From contig JANWYZ010000001.1 in the NCBI GenBank assembly GCA_025054895.1, forward strand, positions 1 through 37,048: DNA of 37,048 nucleotides, given 5' to 3'. The stretch's first letter is position 1. Each line of letters begins with the position of its first letter. Below are positions 27,182 through 35,797 of the stretch, in pieces. The translations under genes were made by a program, and so were the position numbers. Origin of the DNA: a bacterium. GTDB taxonomy: Bacteria > Armatimonadota > HRBIN16. The notes under the pieces were generated by a model that was not told the DNA's origin, did not search any database, and saw only the letters and a program-made list of their open reading frames with translations.

Positions 27182-28429
27182 ATGCCTCGCGTGAGCGCAA
27201 ACGAGAAGATAACTTTAGGCTTCATCGGCACGGGCAGCCGTGGACAACATCTGATGCGTGTGGCGATGAGCAACCCTGATGTGCAAATCGCTGCTGTGTG
27301 CGACGTAATGCAACAGCGACTGGCTCAGGCTGTGAAGATGACGGAGGATAAAGCTGCCCCCTATCAGGATTTCCGCCGACTGCTGGAGCGCAAAGACCTG
27401 GATGCGGTCTTCGTGGTGACGCCCGATCACTGGCACTGCATTATGACCATCGCAGCGTGCGAGGCGGGTAAGGACGTATATGTGGAGAAGCCGTTAGGGC
27501 ACAACATCGCAGAGGGGCGCGCAGCAGTGAACGCCGCCAAGCGGTTCGGGCGAGTGGTGCAGCACGGAACCCAGCAACTCAGTGGACAGCACTACGCGGA
27601 GGCGCGGGAACTGATACGTTCGGGCGTGCTGGGTAAGATTACCCACATCCGCTGCTGGAACGTGTGGAACGAAGCCCCCGATGGTATTGGCAATCCGCCC
27701 GATTCGGAGCCGCCACCCGACATCGATTATGACCTGTGGCTCGGTCCTGCCCCCAAACGCCCCTTCAACCTGAACCGTTGCTATGCGCCGGGCTACTGGT
27801 ATCAGTGGGACTATTCGGGAGGACACATGCTCGCATGGGCAATCCATCATGTTGACACTGTGCATTGGGTTCTGGGGGTAACCACCCCGAGAGCCGCGGT
27901 GTCGGTTGGCGGTAAATACGCACTGAAGGACAATCGCACCACCCCCGATACACAGGACGCTTTGCTGGACTATGGCTACTTCATCGTGCAGGTATCAGTC
28001 CACCATGCCAACGCCCGCCCCATTGAAGGGAGCTGGTACGGCATCGCTTTCTACGGTACAAACGGCACCCTGCGCCTGCTACGCGAAGGGTTCGACCTCT
28101 ACCCGGAGGGCGAGCGCGCTCGCCCTGTGCAAAGGGGGGGCAGTCCTCAGGACGAGCCGCACGTGCGCAACTTCCTGGACTGCGTGAAGAGCCGTAAACA
28201 GCCTGCGGCGCCCATCGAATGGGGACATCTATCTACTAACCCAATGCACCTGGCGAATATCGCATTTCGGACGAAGCGTGCGGTGCGCTGGGACGCTCAG
28301 CAGGAGAAAATAGTCGGTGATGAGGAGGCAAACCGCTACCTGTGCCGCACCTATCGCAAGCCGTGGGGACAGTACGTGCTGCGATACCTTTCACCGGCGC
28401 ACAAGAGATACTATCGGGAAACAGGGTAG
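27182..28429 (+). CDS. Gfo/Idh/MocA family NAD(P)-dependent oxidoreductase
   Basis: ATG 27182 with GGAGG 6 nt upstream. N-terminal Rossmann motif ITLGFIGTGSRGQ. VYVEKPL and the C-terminal alpha/beta domain are typical of the family. Confidence 0.88.
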   Translation: MPRVSANEKITLGFIGTGSRGQHLMRVAMSNPDVQIAAVCDVMQQRLAQAVKMTEDKAAPYQDFRRLLERKDLDAVFVVTPDHWHCIMTIAACEAGKDVYVEKPLGHNIAEGRAAVNAAKRFGRVVQHGTQQLSGQHYAEARELIRSGVLGKITHIRCWNVWNEAPDGIGNPPDSEPPPDIDYDLWLGPAPKRPFNLNRCYAPGYWYQWDYSGGHMLAWAIHHVDTVHWVLGVTTPRAAVSVGGKYALKDNRTTPDTQDALLDYGYFIVQVSVHHANARPIEGSWYGIAFYGTNGTLRLLREGFDLYPEGERARPVQRGGSPQDEPHVRNFLDCVKSRKQPAAPIEWGHLSTNPMHLANIAFRTKRAVRWDAQQEKIVGDEEANRYLCRTYRKPWGQYVLRYLSPAHKRYYRETG

Positions 28430-28492
28430 TACCAAGGCAGCCCACTATATCTGTTCCTGTAGACGCCATTTTGGCAACAGACAAGCCAATGC

Positions 28493-28522
28493 TTGACCCC
28501 TCTTTCACAAGAAAGGTATAAT
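28493..28522 (+). promoter_or_regulatory. Sigma70-type promoter upstream of rex
   Basis: TTGACC (28493-28498), 18-nt spacer, TATAAT (28517-22), in a locally AT-rich tract 60 nt upstream of the rex ATG. Confidence 0.6.
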
Positions 28523-28582
28523 TTTGCTTAGTTATGCTATATTTCACGAAGTACACACTCTCAGAGAGGCATTACCCGGAAG

Positions 28583-29278
28583 ATGGCACGTCGTAAAAGG
28601 GCGGAATCGATCAACAATCGCGTACCTGTTCCCACCCTTGAGCGCATGGCAACCTACCTGCGCCTGCTCAGCGACCTCGAAGCGGCAAAAGTGCACACTA
28701 TCTCTTCCGCGGATATCGAAGAACAAACAGGCATCAATGCTGCGCAATTCCGTAAGGACCTGTCTTATTTTGGAGAGTTTGGTAAACCGGGCGTAGGGTA
28801 CCGGGTGAGCGATTTGCATCAGCGCATCGCTCGAATCCTCAAAATCCATCGCGAGCAACCGATGCTACTGGTGGGCGCAGGCAACCTGGGATCCGCATTA
28901 GTAGGCTACCCCGGGCTGCGCGAACATAAGTTCACCATCGCCGCTGTGTTCGACAACAACTACGCCAAAATCGGCAGGATGTTGTGGAATCACGAGATAC
29001 TGGATGTGAACCGCCTGAAGGAAGTGAACGAACGTATCCGCGCCCGCATCGGCATCATTGCGGTGCCGGCTAGTGCGGCGCAAGAGGTGGCAGATAGACT
29101 GGTGGACGCCGGAGTAACTGCTATCCTCAACTTCGCCCCGACCATCCTGCGGGTTCCGCCACACGTGGTGGTGCGCAACGTCTCCTTCTTACAAGAGCTG
29201 GCGGTGCTTTCCTATCATCTGGAACACGAGGAAGAGCATTCAGCCGCTTTGCCGGCGGCTCAGATTGACGGCGTGTGA
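28583..29278 (+). CDS. rex: Redox-sensing transcriptional repressor Rex
   Basis: N-terminal winged helix (PTLERMATYLRLLSDL...ISSADIEEQTGINAAQFRKDLSYFGEFGKPGVGY) and Rossmann domain (LLVGAGNLGSALVGY). Confidence 0.92.
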   Translation: MARRKRAESINNRVPVPTLERMATYLRLLSDLEAAKVHTISSADIEEQTGINAAQFRKDLSYFGEFGKPGVGYRVSDLHQRIARILKIHREQPMLLVGAGNLGSALVGYPGLREHKFTIAAVFDNNYAKIGRMLWNHEILDVNRLKEVNERIRARIGIIAVPASAAQEVADRLVDAGVTAILNFAPTILRVPPHVVVRNVSFLQELAVLSYHLEHEEEHSAALPAAQIDGV

Positions 29279-30183
29279 TGTGGCGTTCACTGGGGGTATC
29301 GCCGGAAGAGCTGCGGTGCGACGTAACCCTCGTATGCGGACAGTCGTTTCGCTGGAAACCGATAGCGCAAAACGAGTGGAGGGGTGTTATCAGCTCCTGC
29401 GTGATTACCCTGCGCCAAACAGCATACGATGTGCTTTACCGTTCTATCCCAAAGGATGATGTTGCTCCTCTGCTTCGCGACTACTTCCAACTCCATGTCC
29501 CCCTTGTTCCGTTGTACGGGCAATGGTGTCAGGCTGATGCACGATTTGCGTCCGTCGCCCCCGCGTTTCCGGGGTTGCGTGTGCTGCGTACTGACCCTGT
29601 AGAGTGTCTTTTCAGTTTCCTGTGCTCCAGCGCGAACAATATTCCACGCATTACACGCATGATAGATGCGCTCTGTCGGCGCTACGGAACGAGGCTGGCG
29701 GAAGTAGAAGGCACCGATTATCACCGCTTCCCGACCGTGTACGCGCTGGCGGCAGCCTCTGAGGAGGAGTTGTTTGCACTGGGCTTCGGCTACCGAGCGC
29801 GCGTAGTGGTGACGGTGGCGCGTGAACTGAGCGAGCGGGGAGAAGAATGGCTTTACCGACTGCGCAATCTGCCTTACGAGGAGGCGCACGATGAGTTGAC
29901 CACCCTGCCTGGTGTGGGGCATAAAATCGCCGATTGCGTATGCCTCTTTTCACTGGACAAGCCCCAGGCGATACCGGTGGATACACATGTATGGCAAATA
30001 GCCCAGCGCGACTATCTGCCTGAACTGCAGGGGCGCAGTCTGACGGAGAGGGTATATCGACAGATAGGCGACCACTTCCGCGCGCGGTTTGGCGAGTATG
30101 CAGGCTGGGCGCACAACGTGCTGTTCGCCGCAGAATTGCCAGCGTTCCGCAGGCGTGTTCTTGCTCTCCAGCGTGATAGATAA
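29278..30183 (+). CDS. ogg: 8-oxoguanine DNA glycosylase / AP lyase, OGG1 type
   Basis: The ATG overlaps the rex stop (TGATG). OGG_N-like N-terminus (LVCGQSFRW) and HhH-GPD motif (LPGVGHKIADCVCLFSLDKPQAIPVDTHVWQIA) with catalytic-type Lys and Asp. Confidence 0.85.
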   Translation: MWRSLGVSPEELRCDVTLVCGQSFRWKPIAQNEWRGVISSCVITLRQTAYDVLYRSIPKDDVAPLLRDYFQLHVPLVPLYGQWCQADARFASVAPAFPGLRVLRTDPVECLFSFLCSSANNIPRITRMIDALCRRYGTRLAEVEGTDYHRFPTVYALAAASEEELFALGFGYRARVVVTVARELSERGEEWLYRLRNLPYEEAHDELTTLPGVGHKIADCVCLFSLDKPQAIPVDTHVWQIAQRDYLPELQGRSLTERVYRQIGDHFRARFGEYAGWAHNVLFAAELPAFRRRVLALQRDR

Positions 30184-30212
30184 GTGGAGGCTCTACCGCG
30201 TTGGAACCTCAG

Positions 30213-31505
30213 TCACAACAGTTGCTGGTGGTGAGCAATAACCTTCTCGAACGCTGAAGCGATTTGCTCCACCAGTCCGTCCGGCGGCTCGATAATCGGG
30301 CGAATATGCAGGATGTTACCCGCTACCTTTTCCGCTTGTGGAAAGTCGCCGTCTTTGTAACCCTGAAACGGAGGCAGTCCGAAGAACTCGCCTCCCAGAG
30401 GTCCCCTGCCATGCCCCCACAGGTCGAAGCCTCTGCGGAAAATCGTCTTCTGGTGCTCCAGTTTCCTGCCGTAAAGAGACACAGGCACACCCTCCGCTTT
30501 TAACGCCTCCACAAACCGTTGCGCCGGCAGACCGTGCAGCTGTTCAGGATGATATACCAGCGGATGCCCTGTGTAGAAGCCAGCCGGTTTGGCTTTGGGG
30601 TAGGCACATACTGGCTCGATGCCAGCCATTCCCTGTAGCGCCCCGAAAATCTGCTGGCGAAATTGTGCGCGCCTGGCGTTGCGTTCGTCCAGCGATTGCA
30701 TGGTCACCCGTGCGATTGCCAGTGCCAGGGGATGCGCTCGCCACTTCTGCCCCAGAACCTGCGAGTCCAGATCGCGGTATTCGGGCAGAGTCAACTCCTC
30801 GGTAATGCCGGCACGATGCAGATGACAGTGTACCAGCATCCGCTCGTAGTACGCGCGGCTATTGGTGGTAACCAGTCCGCCTTCCCCGCCGCATATCGGC
30901 TTGCCGTAAGGAAGTGAACCCTGCAGGCTGAAGCAGGTGATATCAGAGATGTTGCCCACCTTCACGCCATCCCACTCCGCGCCGTGAGCATGGGCAGCGT
31001 CCTCGATAATTGGGATACCGTATCGGAGGCTGATGTCGCGCAGGGCGTCCATTTCACAAACGTTGCCGAACAGATGGATAGGCACAATGGCTCTGGTGCG
31101 CGGCGTGATGCGTTTCTCAATATCGTCGGGGTCAGCCAGCAGCGTGTGGGGGTCAATGTCGCAGAAAACAGGGCGTGCGCCGATATGCAGCGCCCCACCG
31201 TACGTACCGATATAGCCCAGTGTCGGAGTAATAAACTCGTCGCCAGGTCCCACCTTCACCGCAAAGAACGCGCTGGCTAAAGCAGTAGAGCCGTGGTCTA
31301 GCGAGAGGCAATACTGAGCGCCCACGTACTGCCGGAACTCCTCCTCGAACTGCTTGGGAAGACCCGTGCCTGAACCGGACAGGAAGTCTGCATCAATCAG
31401 TTCGCAAACCGCGCGTTTCATCTCCTCTTTGGGCGGTTGCCAAAGGTCCAGCACGGGTACAGAGACAGCTGGAGTTCCACCGAAAATAGCAAGTTTGTTG
31501 CTCAT
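30213..31505 (-). CDS. DegT/DnrJ/EryC1/StrS-family PLP-dependent aminotransferase (sugar aminotransferase-like)
   Basis: ATG 31505 with GGAGGAGGG 5 nt upstream. LAIFGG...DHGSTALASAF...IIEDAAHAHGAEW...CFSLQGSLPYGKPICGGEGGLVTT matches the fold-type-I DegT family pattern with a candidate PLP lysine. At 430 aa it appears long for the family, though this was not checked against family members. Confidence 0.8.
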   Translation of the reverse strand: MSNKLAIFGGTPAVSVPVLDLWQPPKEEMKRAVCELIDADFLSGSGTGLPKQFEEEFRQYVGAQYCLSLDHGSTALASAFFAVKVGPGDEFITPTLGYIGTYGGALHIGARPVFCDIDPHTLLADPDDIEKRITPRTRAIVPIHLFGNVCEMDALRDISLRYGIPIIEDAAHAHGAEWDGVKVGNISDITCFSLQGSLPYGKPICGGEGGLVTTNSRAYYERMLVHCHLHRAGITEELTLPEYRDLDSQVLGQKWRAHPLALAIARVTMQSLDERNARRAQFRQQIFGALQGMAGIEPVCAYPKAKPAGFYTGHPLVYHPEQLHGLPAQRFVEALKAEGVPVSLYGRKLEHQKTIFRRGFDLWGHGRGPLGGEFFGLPPFQGYKDGDFPQAEKVAGNILHIRPIIEPPDGLVEQIASAFEKVIAHHQQLL

Positions 31506-31616
31506 CACGCCCTCCTCCAGCACAGGCTGTTCGTTATTCTTTTCGCACAGGGCGGTAATTGTTCCTGCTGTGGTAAGTTAATCCTGCTCTGCCGTAAGGG
31601 AGCAAGCCATTATCAT

Positions 31617-31645
31617 TTGACTTCTCCCCGATATTGGGATATTAT
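31617..31645 (+). promoter_or_regulatory. Sigma70-type promoter upstream of the GlmL-like gene
   Basis: TTGACT (31617-31622), 17-nt spacer, TATTAT (31640-31645), 46 nt before ATG 31692. Confidence 0.55.
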
Positions 31646-31691
31646 TACCGTTGGATTTGAACGACGATGCTTTCCAGGAGTAGCGTGCGAT

Positions 31692-33467
31692 ATGCCTGAA
31701 ATCCGTTCCATTTTGGCGACAGACTGTGGCAGCACAACCACTAAAGCGATCCTGATAGAGAGAAAACCGGAGGGCTACCGCCTGATAGCGCGCGGAGAAG
31801 CTCCTACCACTGTAGAAGCTCCGTTCGACGATGTGACCATAGGTGTACTTAACGCGGTGCGCGAGCTGGAGGAGTTAACCGGAAAAACCTTCATCCGCGA
31901 CGGCAAGATTCTCACCCCGCAAGTCGACGAGTGTACCGGCGTGGACGCTTACCTGTCCACCTCCAGCGCGGGCGGTGGCTTGCAAATGACGGTCGCTGGG
32001 GTAGTGAAAGTGATGTCGGCGGAGAGCGCACAGCGAGCTGCGCTGGGCGCAGGCGCGATTATCATGGACGTGATTGCGGTAGATGACGGACGTAAGGATT
32101 ACGAGAAGGTGCAGCGCATCCGTCAGTTGCGCCCCGATATGATCCTGATGTCTGGCGGAACCGATGGGGGTACAGTAACCCACCTGGTGGAGTTGGCGGA
32201 GATGCTGGTAGCCGCCGACCCACGCCCGCGTCTGGGGGGGATGCGCTTGCCTGTTATCTTTGCTGGCAACAAGGATGCCCGCGCTCCGGTGAAGCAGCTG
32301 CTGGACGGCAAAGTAGACCTGCGCGTTGTGGAAAACCTGCGGCCGACTCTCGAGCGAGAGAACCTTGCGCCTGCCCGTGAAGCTATCCATGAGCTGTTTC
32401 TGGAACACGTCATGCAGCAGGCGCCGGGCTATAGCAAACTGCTCAGCTGGACGAGCGCGGACATTATGTCTACTCCCAACGCCGTAGGTAAGATTATGCA
32501 AACCATCGCCGAGATGCGCGGTATTAACATCCTCGGCGTAGACATCGGCGGCGCGACTACCGACGTGTTCTCTGTTTTTGGCGGTGTGTACAACCGCACG
32601 GTAAGCGCGAACCTGGGGATGAGCTACTCGATATGCAACGTGCTTGTGGAGACAGGGGTAGCGAACATCCGACGCTGGCTGCCCTTCGAAGTGGATGAAC
32701 GTGACCTGCGCAACCGCTTGCGCAACAAGATGATACGCCCTACCACTATCCCCCAGACCCTGGAGGACTTGTACGTAGAACAGGCGGTCGCTCGTGAAGC
32801 GCTGCGCCTGGCATTTGAGCACCATAAGTCTCTGGCGCGTGGGCTGAAGGGTGTGCAACAACAGCGCACCATTGGCGAGGCGTTGACGCAGGAAGATACG
32901 GGGAAGACTTTAGTAAACATGATGGAGCTGGACATGCTGGTAGGTAGCGGCGGCGTGCTCAGCCATGCGCCACGCCGAGCGCAAGCGGCGCTGATGATGA
33001 TGGATGCCTACCAACCGGAAGGCGTCACGATGCTCACGGTAGACTCCATCTTCATGATGCCGCAGCTGGGTGTGCTCTCCACCATCCATCCCGAAGCGGC
33101 GACTGAAGTGTTCGAGCGCGACTGTCTGGTGATACTTGGCACGTGCATCGCTCCTGTCGGCACGACAAAGGACGGCGACGAGGTATGCACCTTACGCCTG
33201 GCGGGAGAAACACATCAGCTGCGCTTTGGCGAACTGCGCGTGTTCCCGCTCCACGAGGGCGAGAAGATAGAGGTGGAAATTCGCCCCACTCGTGCTTTTG
33301 ATGTGGGCGCAGGGCGAGGTAAACCGCTTACCGTCACTGCAGAAGGCGGCGTGGTTGGGCTGGTAGTAGATTGCCGTGGACGCCCGCTGGCGTTGCCTCA
33401 GCGCGATTCCGAACGCATCGCCAAACTACAGACATGGCTCAAGGCAATGGGGCTACCGACGGTATAG
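31692..33467 (+). CDS. GlmL/MutL-family (glutamate-mutase-accessory-like) ASKHA-fold ATPase
   Basis: ATG 31692 with AGGAG 11 nt upstream. Actin-like phosphate-1 motif ILATDCGSTTTKAIL and phosphate-2 motif LGVDIGGATTDVFSV. The size (591 aa) and overall pattern match the long MutL/GlmL family. Confidence 0.7.
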   Translation: MPEIRSILATDCGSTTTKAILIERKPEGYRLIARGEAPTTVEAPFDDVTIGVLNAVRELEELTGKTFIRDGKILTPQVDECTGVDAYLSTSSAGGGLQMTVAGVVKVMSAESAQRAALGAGAIIMDVIAVDDGRKDYEKVQRIRQLRPDMILMSGGTDGGTVTHLVELAEMLVAADPRPRLGGMRLPVIFAGNKDARAPVKQLLDGKVDLRVVENLRPTLERENLAPAREAIHELFLEHVMQQAPGYSKLLSWTSADIMSTPNAVGKIMQTIAEMRGINILGVDIGGATTDVFSVFGGVYNRTVSANLGMSYSICNVLVETGVANIRRWLPFEVDERDLRNRLRNKMIRPTTIPQTLEDLYVEQAVAREALRLAFEHHKSLARGLKGVQQQRTIGEALTQEDTGKTLVNMMELDMLVGSGGVLSHAPRRAQAALMMMDAYQPEGVTMLTVDSIFMMPQLGVLSTIHPEAATEVFERDCLVILGTCIAPVGTTKDGDEVCTLRLAGETHQLRFGELRVFPLHEGEKIEVEIRPTRAFDVGAGRGKPLTVTAEGGVVGLVVDCRGRPLALPQRDSERIAKLQTWLKAMGLPTV

Positions 33468-33474
33468 TTCGGCG

Positions 33475-34923
33475 TCAGCGTTTGCTCAGCCGACTCACTC
33501 GTTGTCCATCGTAGGTGAAGAGGGTAAATTCATCGTCCATCACCGTCTCGAGGTGTACAGGACGATTCCATATCGTGTAGACGTTCTTCAGGGCGCGCAT
33601 GGTGTAATCCATATCCAGCGGCTTGCCGTCGTAATAGTGTTTCAGGTACAGCTCGCCGCGCCGTCCATAGTCGCCGTCCTCCACCATCACCACCGGCACG
33701 CCGAAATTGGTCATGGAGTCGAGCAGAGCGTCGCGCACCTTCTCCCAGTCGGTCTCCTGCACGCGCCATACCAGCTCGCCATCCACCTCCTCCAGCTTGT
33801 AGGTGTACAGGTCAAGCTTCTTCACCAGCCCTTCAGTGAGATACTTGCGCAGGAAGGTGACGTCGCACTCCATCTCACGCACTTCCAGCAGCTTCTGCCA
33901 CCCTTCGCCAGCAGGACGAGGCTTGGGGCTTCCTAACCAGTCGGTTTCTGGCTCCTCGTCCTCGTCGGGCGGCTCGCCGTTCCAGCGTCGCTCGATGTCG
34001 CGCAGAATCTGGTAGCCCACGTAGTAGGGGTTGATGCTCATGCGCGAGCCGGGGGAAAGCACGCTGGAGTGCATCCGACGAAACTCCAGATGCTCTGCGG
34101 GCGTGAGCGGCAACGCCTCCAGCACTCGCTCGTGAACCAGCGACGCCCAGCCCTCATTCATAATCTTGGTGCGAATCTGCGGTAGAAAGTACAGCATCTC
34201 CTCGCGCACCATGCCGATAATGTCGCGCTGCCAGTCTTCCAGGTCGCGGGCGTGGTCGCGCAGGAACAGCAGCAGGTCTTTTTCTGGCTCTGGCGGAATG
34301 CGTTTGGAGGATAATGGCTCCGGCGTCTCCACACGTCCCAGCAGGTCGTCAAACTCGCTGGTCGGACGGGCTAAAACCGGTTTCTGGTGTTCGTATTCCT
34401 TCGGGTCGCGCCGACGGTAGGTCGGCTCTACGGGGTCGATATGCTCCTCAATGCTGAGCACCGCGTCTAAGAACTGCTCCACGCGCTGCGGACCGTACTC
34501 CATCTCGTACTGACGGATGCGGTCGGCGTGCAAGCGGGCGCGCTCCACCATGCGGCGGTCTGTGTGGGCGAAGTAGGTGTTGTTCTTGAAGAAGTCGGAG
34601 TGCCCCAGCACGTGCGCCACCACCAGCTTGTTCGCCAGCAGCGAGTTGTTCTCCAACAGGAACGCCTGCGACGGGTCTGTGTTGATGACCAGTTCATAGA
34701 TGCGGGCGATGTTATACTCGTACATCGTCTTCTGGCGATGATAGTCGCGCCCGAACGTCCAGTGCGAGAAGCGCGCGGGCAGCCCATACGCCCCAATTTC
34801 GTAGATGATATGCGCGGGCACGAGCTCGAAATGCACGGGGAAGGGGTCCAGGCCCATCTCCTGCACCTTTTCCCACGCCTGCTCGATGAATTGTTCTAGT
34901 TCAGCGCGTTCTTGGGTGGTCAT
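33475..34923 (-). CDS. spoVR: SpoVR family protein (YcgB-like)
   Basis: FPVHFELVPAHIIYEIGAYGLPARFSHWTFGRDY...IYELVINTDP...LANKLVVAHVLGHSDFFKNN aligns from residue 1 with B. subtilis SpoVR as I recall it. Confidence 0.92.
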   Translation of the reverse strand: MTTQERAELEQFIEQAWEKVQEMGLDPFPVHFELVPAHIIYEIGAYGLPARFSHWTFGRDYHRQKTMYEYNIARIYELVINTDPSQAFLLENNSLLANKLVVAHVLGHSDFFKNNTYFAHTDRRMVERARLHADRIRQYEMEYGPQRVEQFLDAVLSIEEHIDPVEPTYRRRDPKEYEHQKPVLARPTSEFDDLLGRVETPEPLSSKRIPPEPEKDLLLFLRDHARDLEDWQRDIIGMVREEMLYFLPQIRTKIMNEGWASLVHERVLEALPLTPAEHLEFRRMHSSVLSPGSRMSINPYYVGYQILRDIERRWNGEPPDEDEEPETDWLGSPKPRPAGEGWQKLLEVREMECDVTFLRKYLTEGLVKKLDLYTYKLEEVDGELVWRVQETDWEKVRDALLDSMTNFGVPVVMVEDGDYGRRGELYLKHYYDGKPLDMDYTMRALKNVYTIWNRPVHLETVMDDEFTLFTYDGQRVSRLSKR

Positions 34924-35326
34924 CTGTAATACCTACCTTAGCGCGGATAGTGTCAATGAGTTTCCATGTTGCAAGAAGGTCCTTCTGAATCTCCTCGCGG
35001 TCGTATTCTGGCACGGGTCCTGGAGGGTATCGGTCATCAAGGTAATACCTTGTTGCCTTTTCGCACAGGTCGATAAACATGTCGTACCAGTCTGGTTCGA
35101 AACGTGCTGCCAAAGTAAGCAGTGTGTCCAATTCGTGTACCCGAGGCGGTTTCCGACCTCTGACCACCAGATAGCCTTTCAGATATTTCTCTATCGCTTG
35201 TTGAATATGGTACGCAATGCTGTCTGTATAACCGTGTTGGTCATATAACAGTTGCGCTGTCTCGATATCGTGGTCACCGCGCTCGAACCATTCCATCGCC
35301 TGCTGTCTCAGTGTATCATCCGTCAT
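34901..35326 (-). CDS. HEPN-domain protein (putative RNase toxin of an MNT/HEPN pair)
   Basis: ATG 35326 overlaps the MNT gene by 11 nt (TTT ATG ACG GAT GA). WFERGDHDIETAQLLY...IQQAIEKYLKGYL...RKPPRVHELDTLL contains an Rx4-6H-type motif. The 3' end overlaps the spoVR start by 23 nt. Confidence 0.8.
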   Translation of the reverse strand: MTDDTLRQQAMEWFERGDHDIETAQLLYDQHGYTDSIAYHIQQAIEKYLKGYLVVRGRKPPRVHELDTLLTLAARFEPDWYDMFIDLCEKATRYYLDDRYPPGPVPEYDREEIQKDLLATWKLIDTIRAKVGITDDHPRTR

Positions 35327-35648
35327 AAAGTACAATCCCCTCCTCCAGCACTTCCTCAATGAAGAAGTCTCTCACCGAGAGGCGACGGGCGATTTCCTCG
35401 CTGGTATAAACCAGCGGCGAGACAGACACCCGCCTGTTGCGATCGCGCAGCAAACGTTTCACCTCTTGCCACCGCTCGATAGGAGGCTTTTCCGTATCCT
35501 TGATAATCAAGAGGTCTATATCGCTATCTTCGCTTGCTTCGCCGCGGGCATAAGAACCAAACAAGATCACCTTCTGAGGAGCATAGCCCTCGACAAGCCT
35601 CTTCACGATGTCATTTAGTATCTCAGTTACCTCTGCGCGGTGAGTCAT
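35316..35648 (-). CDS. Minimal nucleotidyltransferase (MNT, putative antitoxin of the HEPN partner)
   Basis: ATG 35648 with AGGTAGGGG upstream. Signature ILFGSYARGEASEDSDIDLLII (GSx10-ish DxD). Confidence 0.85.
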   Translation of the reverse strand: MTHRAEVTEILNDIVKRLVEGYAPQKVILFGSYARGEASEDSDIDLLIIKDTEKPPIERWQEVKRLLRDRNRRVSVSPLVYTSEEIARRLSVRDFFIEEVLEEGIVLYDG

Positions 35649-35797
35649 TCGCCCCTACCTCGCACGCCGAAAGTCGCCCACGATTGCCATCACAGGTTAT
35701 GAGCGGGAGAATCCCGTCAGTGCGGATTCAATTCACCCCTCTCCATAGCCACCATTCGGATGGTCAGGGCAGGTACCTCGTGTAGAGAACAACACGC

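Noticed and set aside
28472-28487. Sigma54-like element TGGCAA-N5-AAGC upstream of rex. It is also part of a TTGGC-N9-GCCAA inverted repeat at 28471-28489.
   Set aside because: The -12 element matches only at the GC dinucleotide. A much better sigma70 promoter lies 20 nt downstream. No enhancer-binding-protein gene is nearby.
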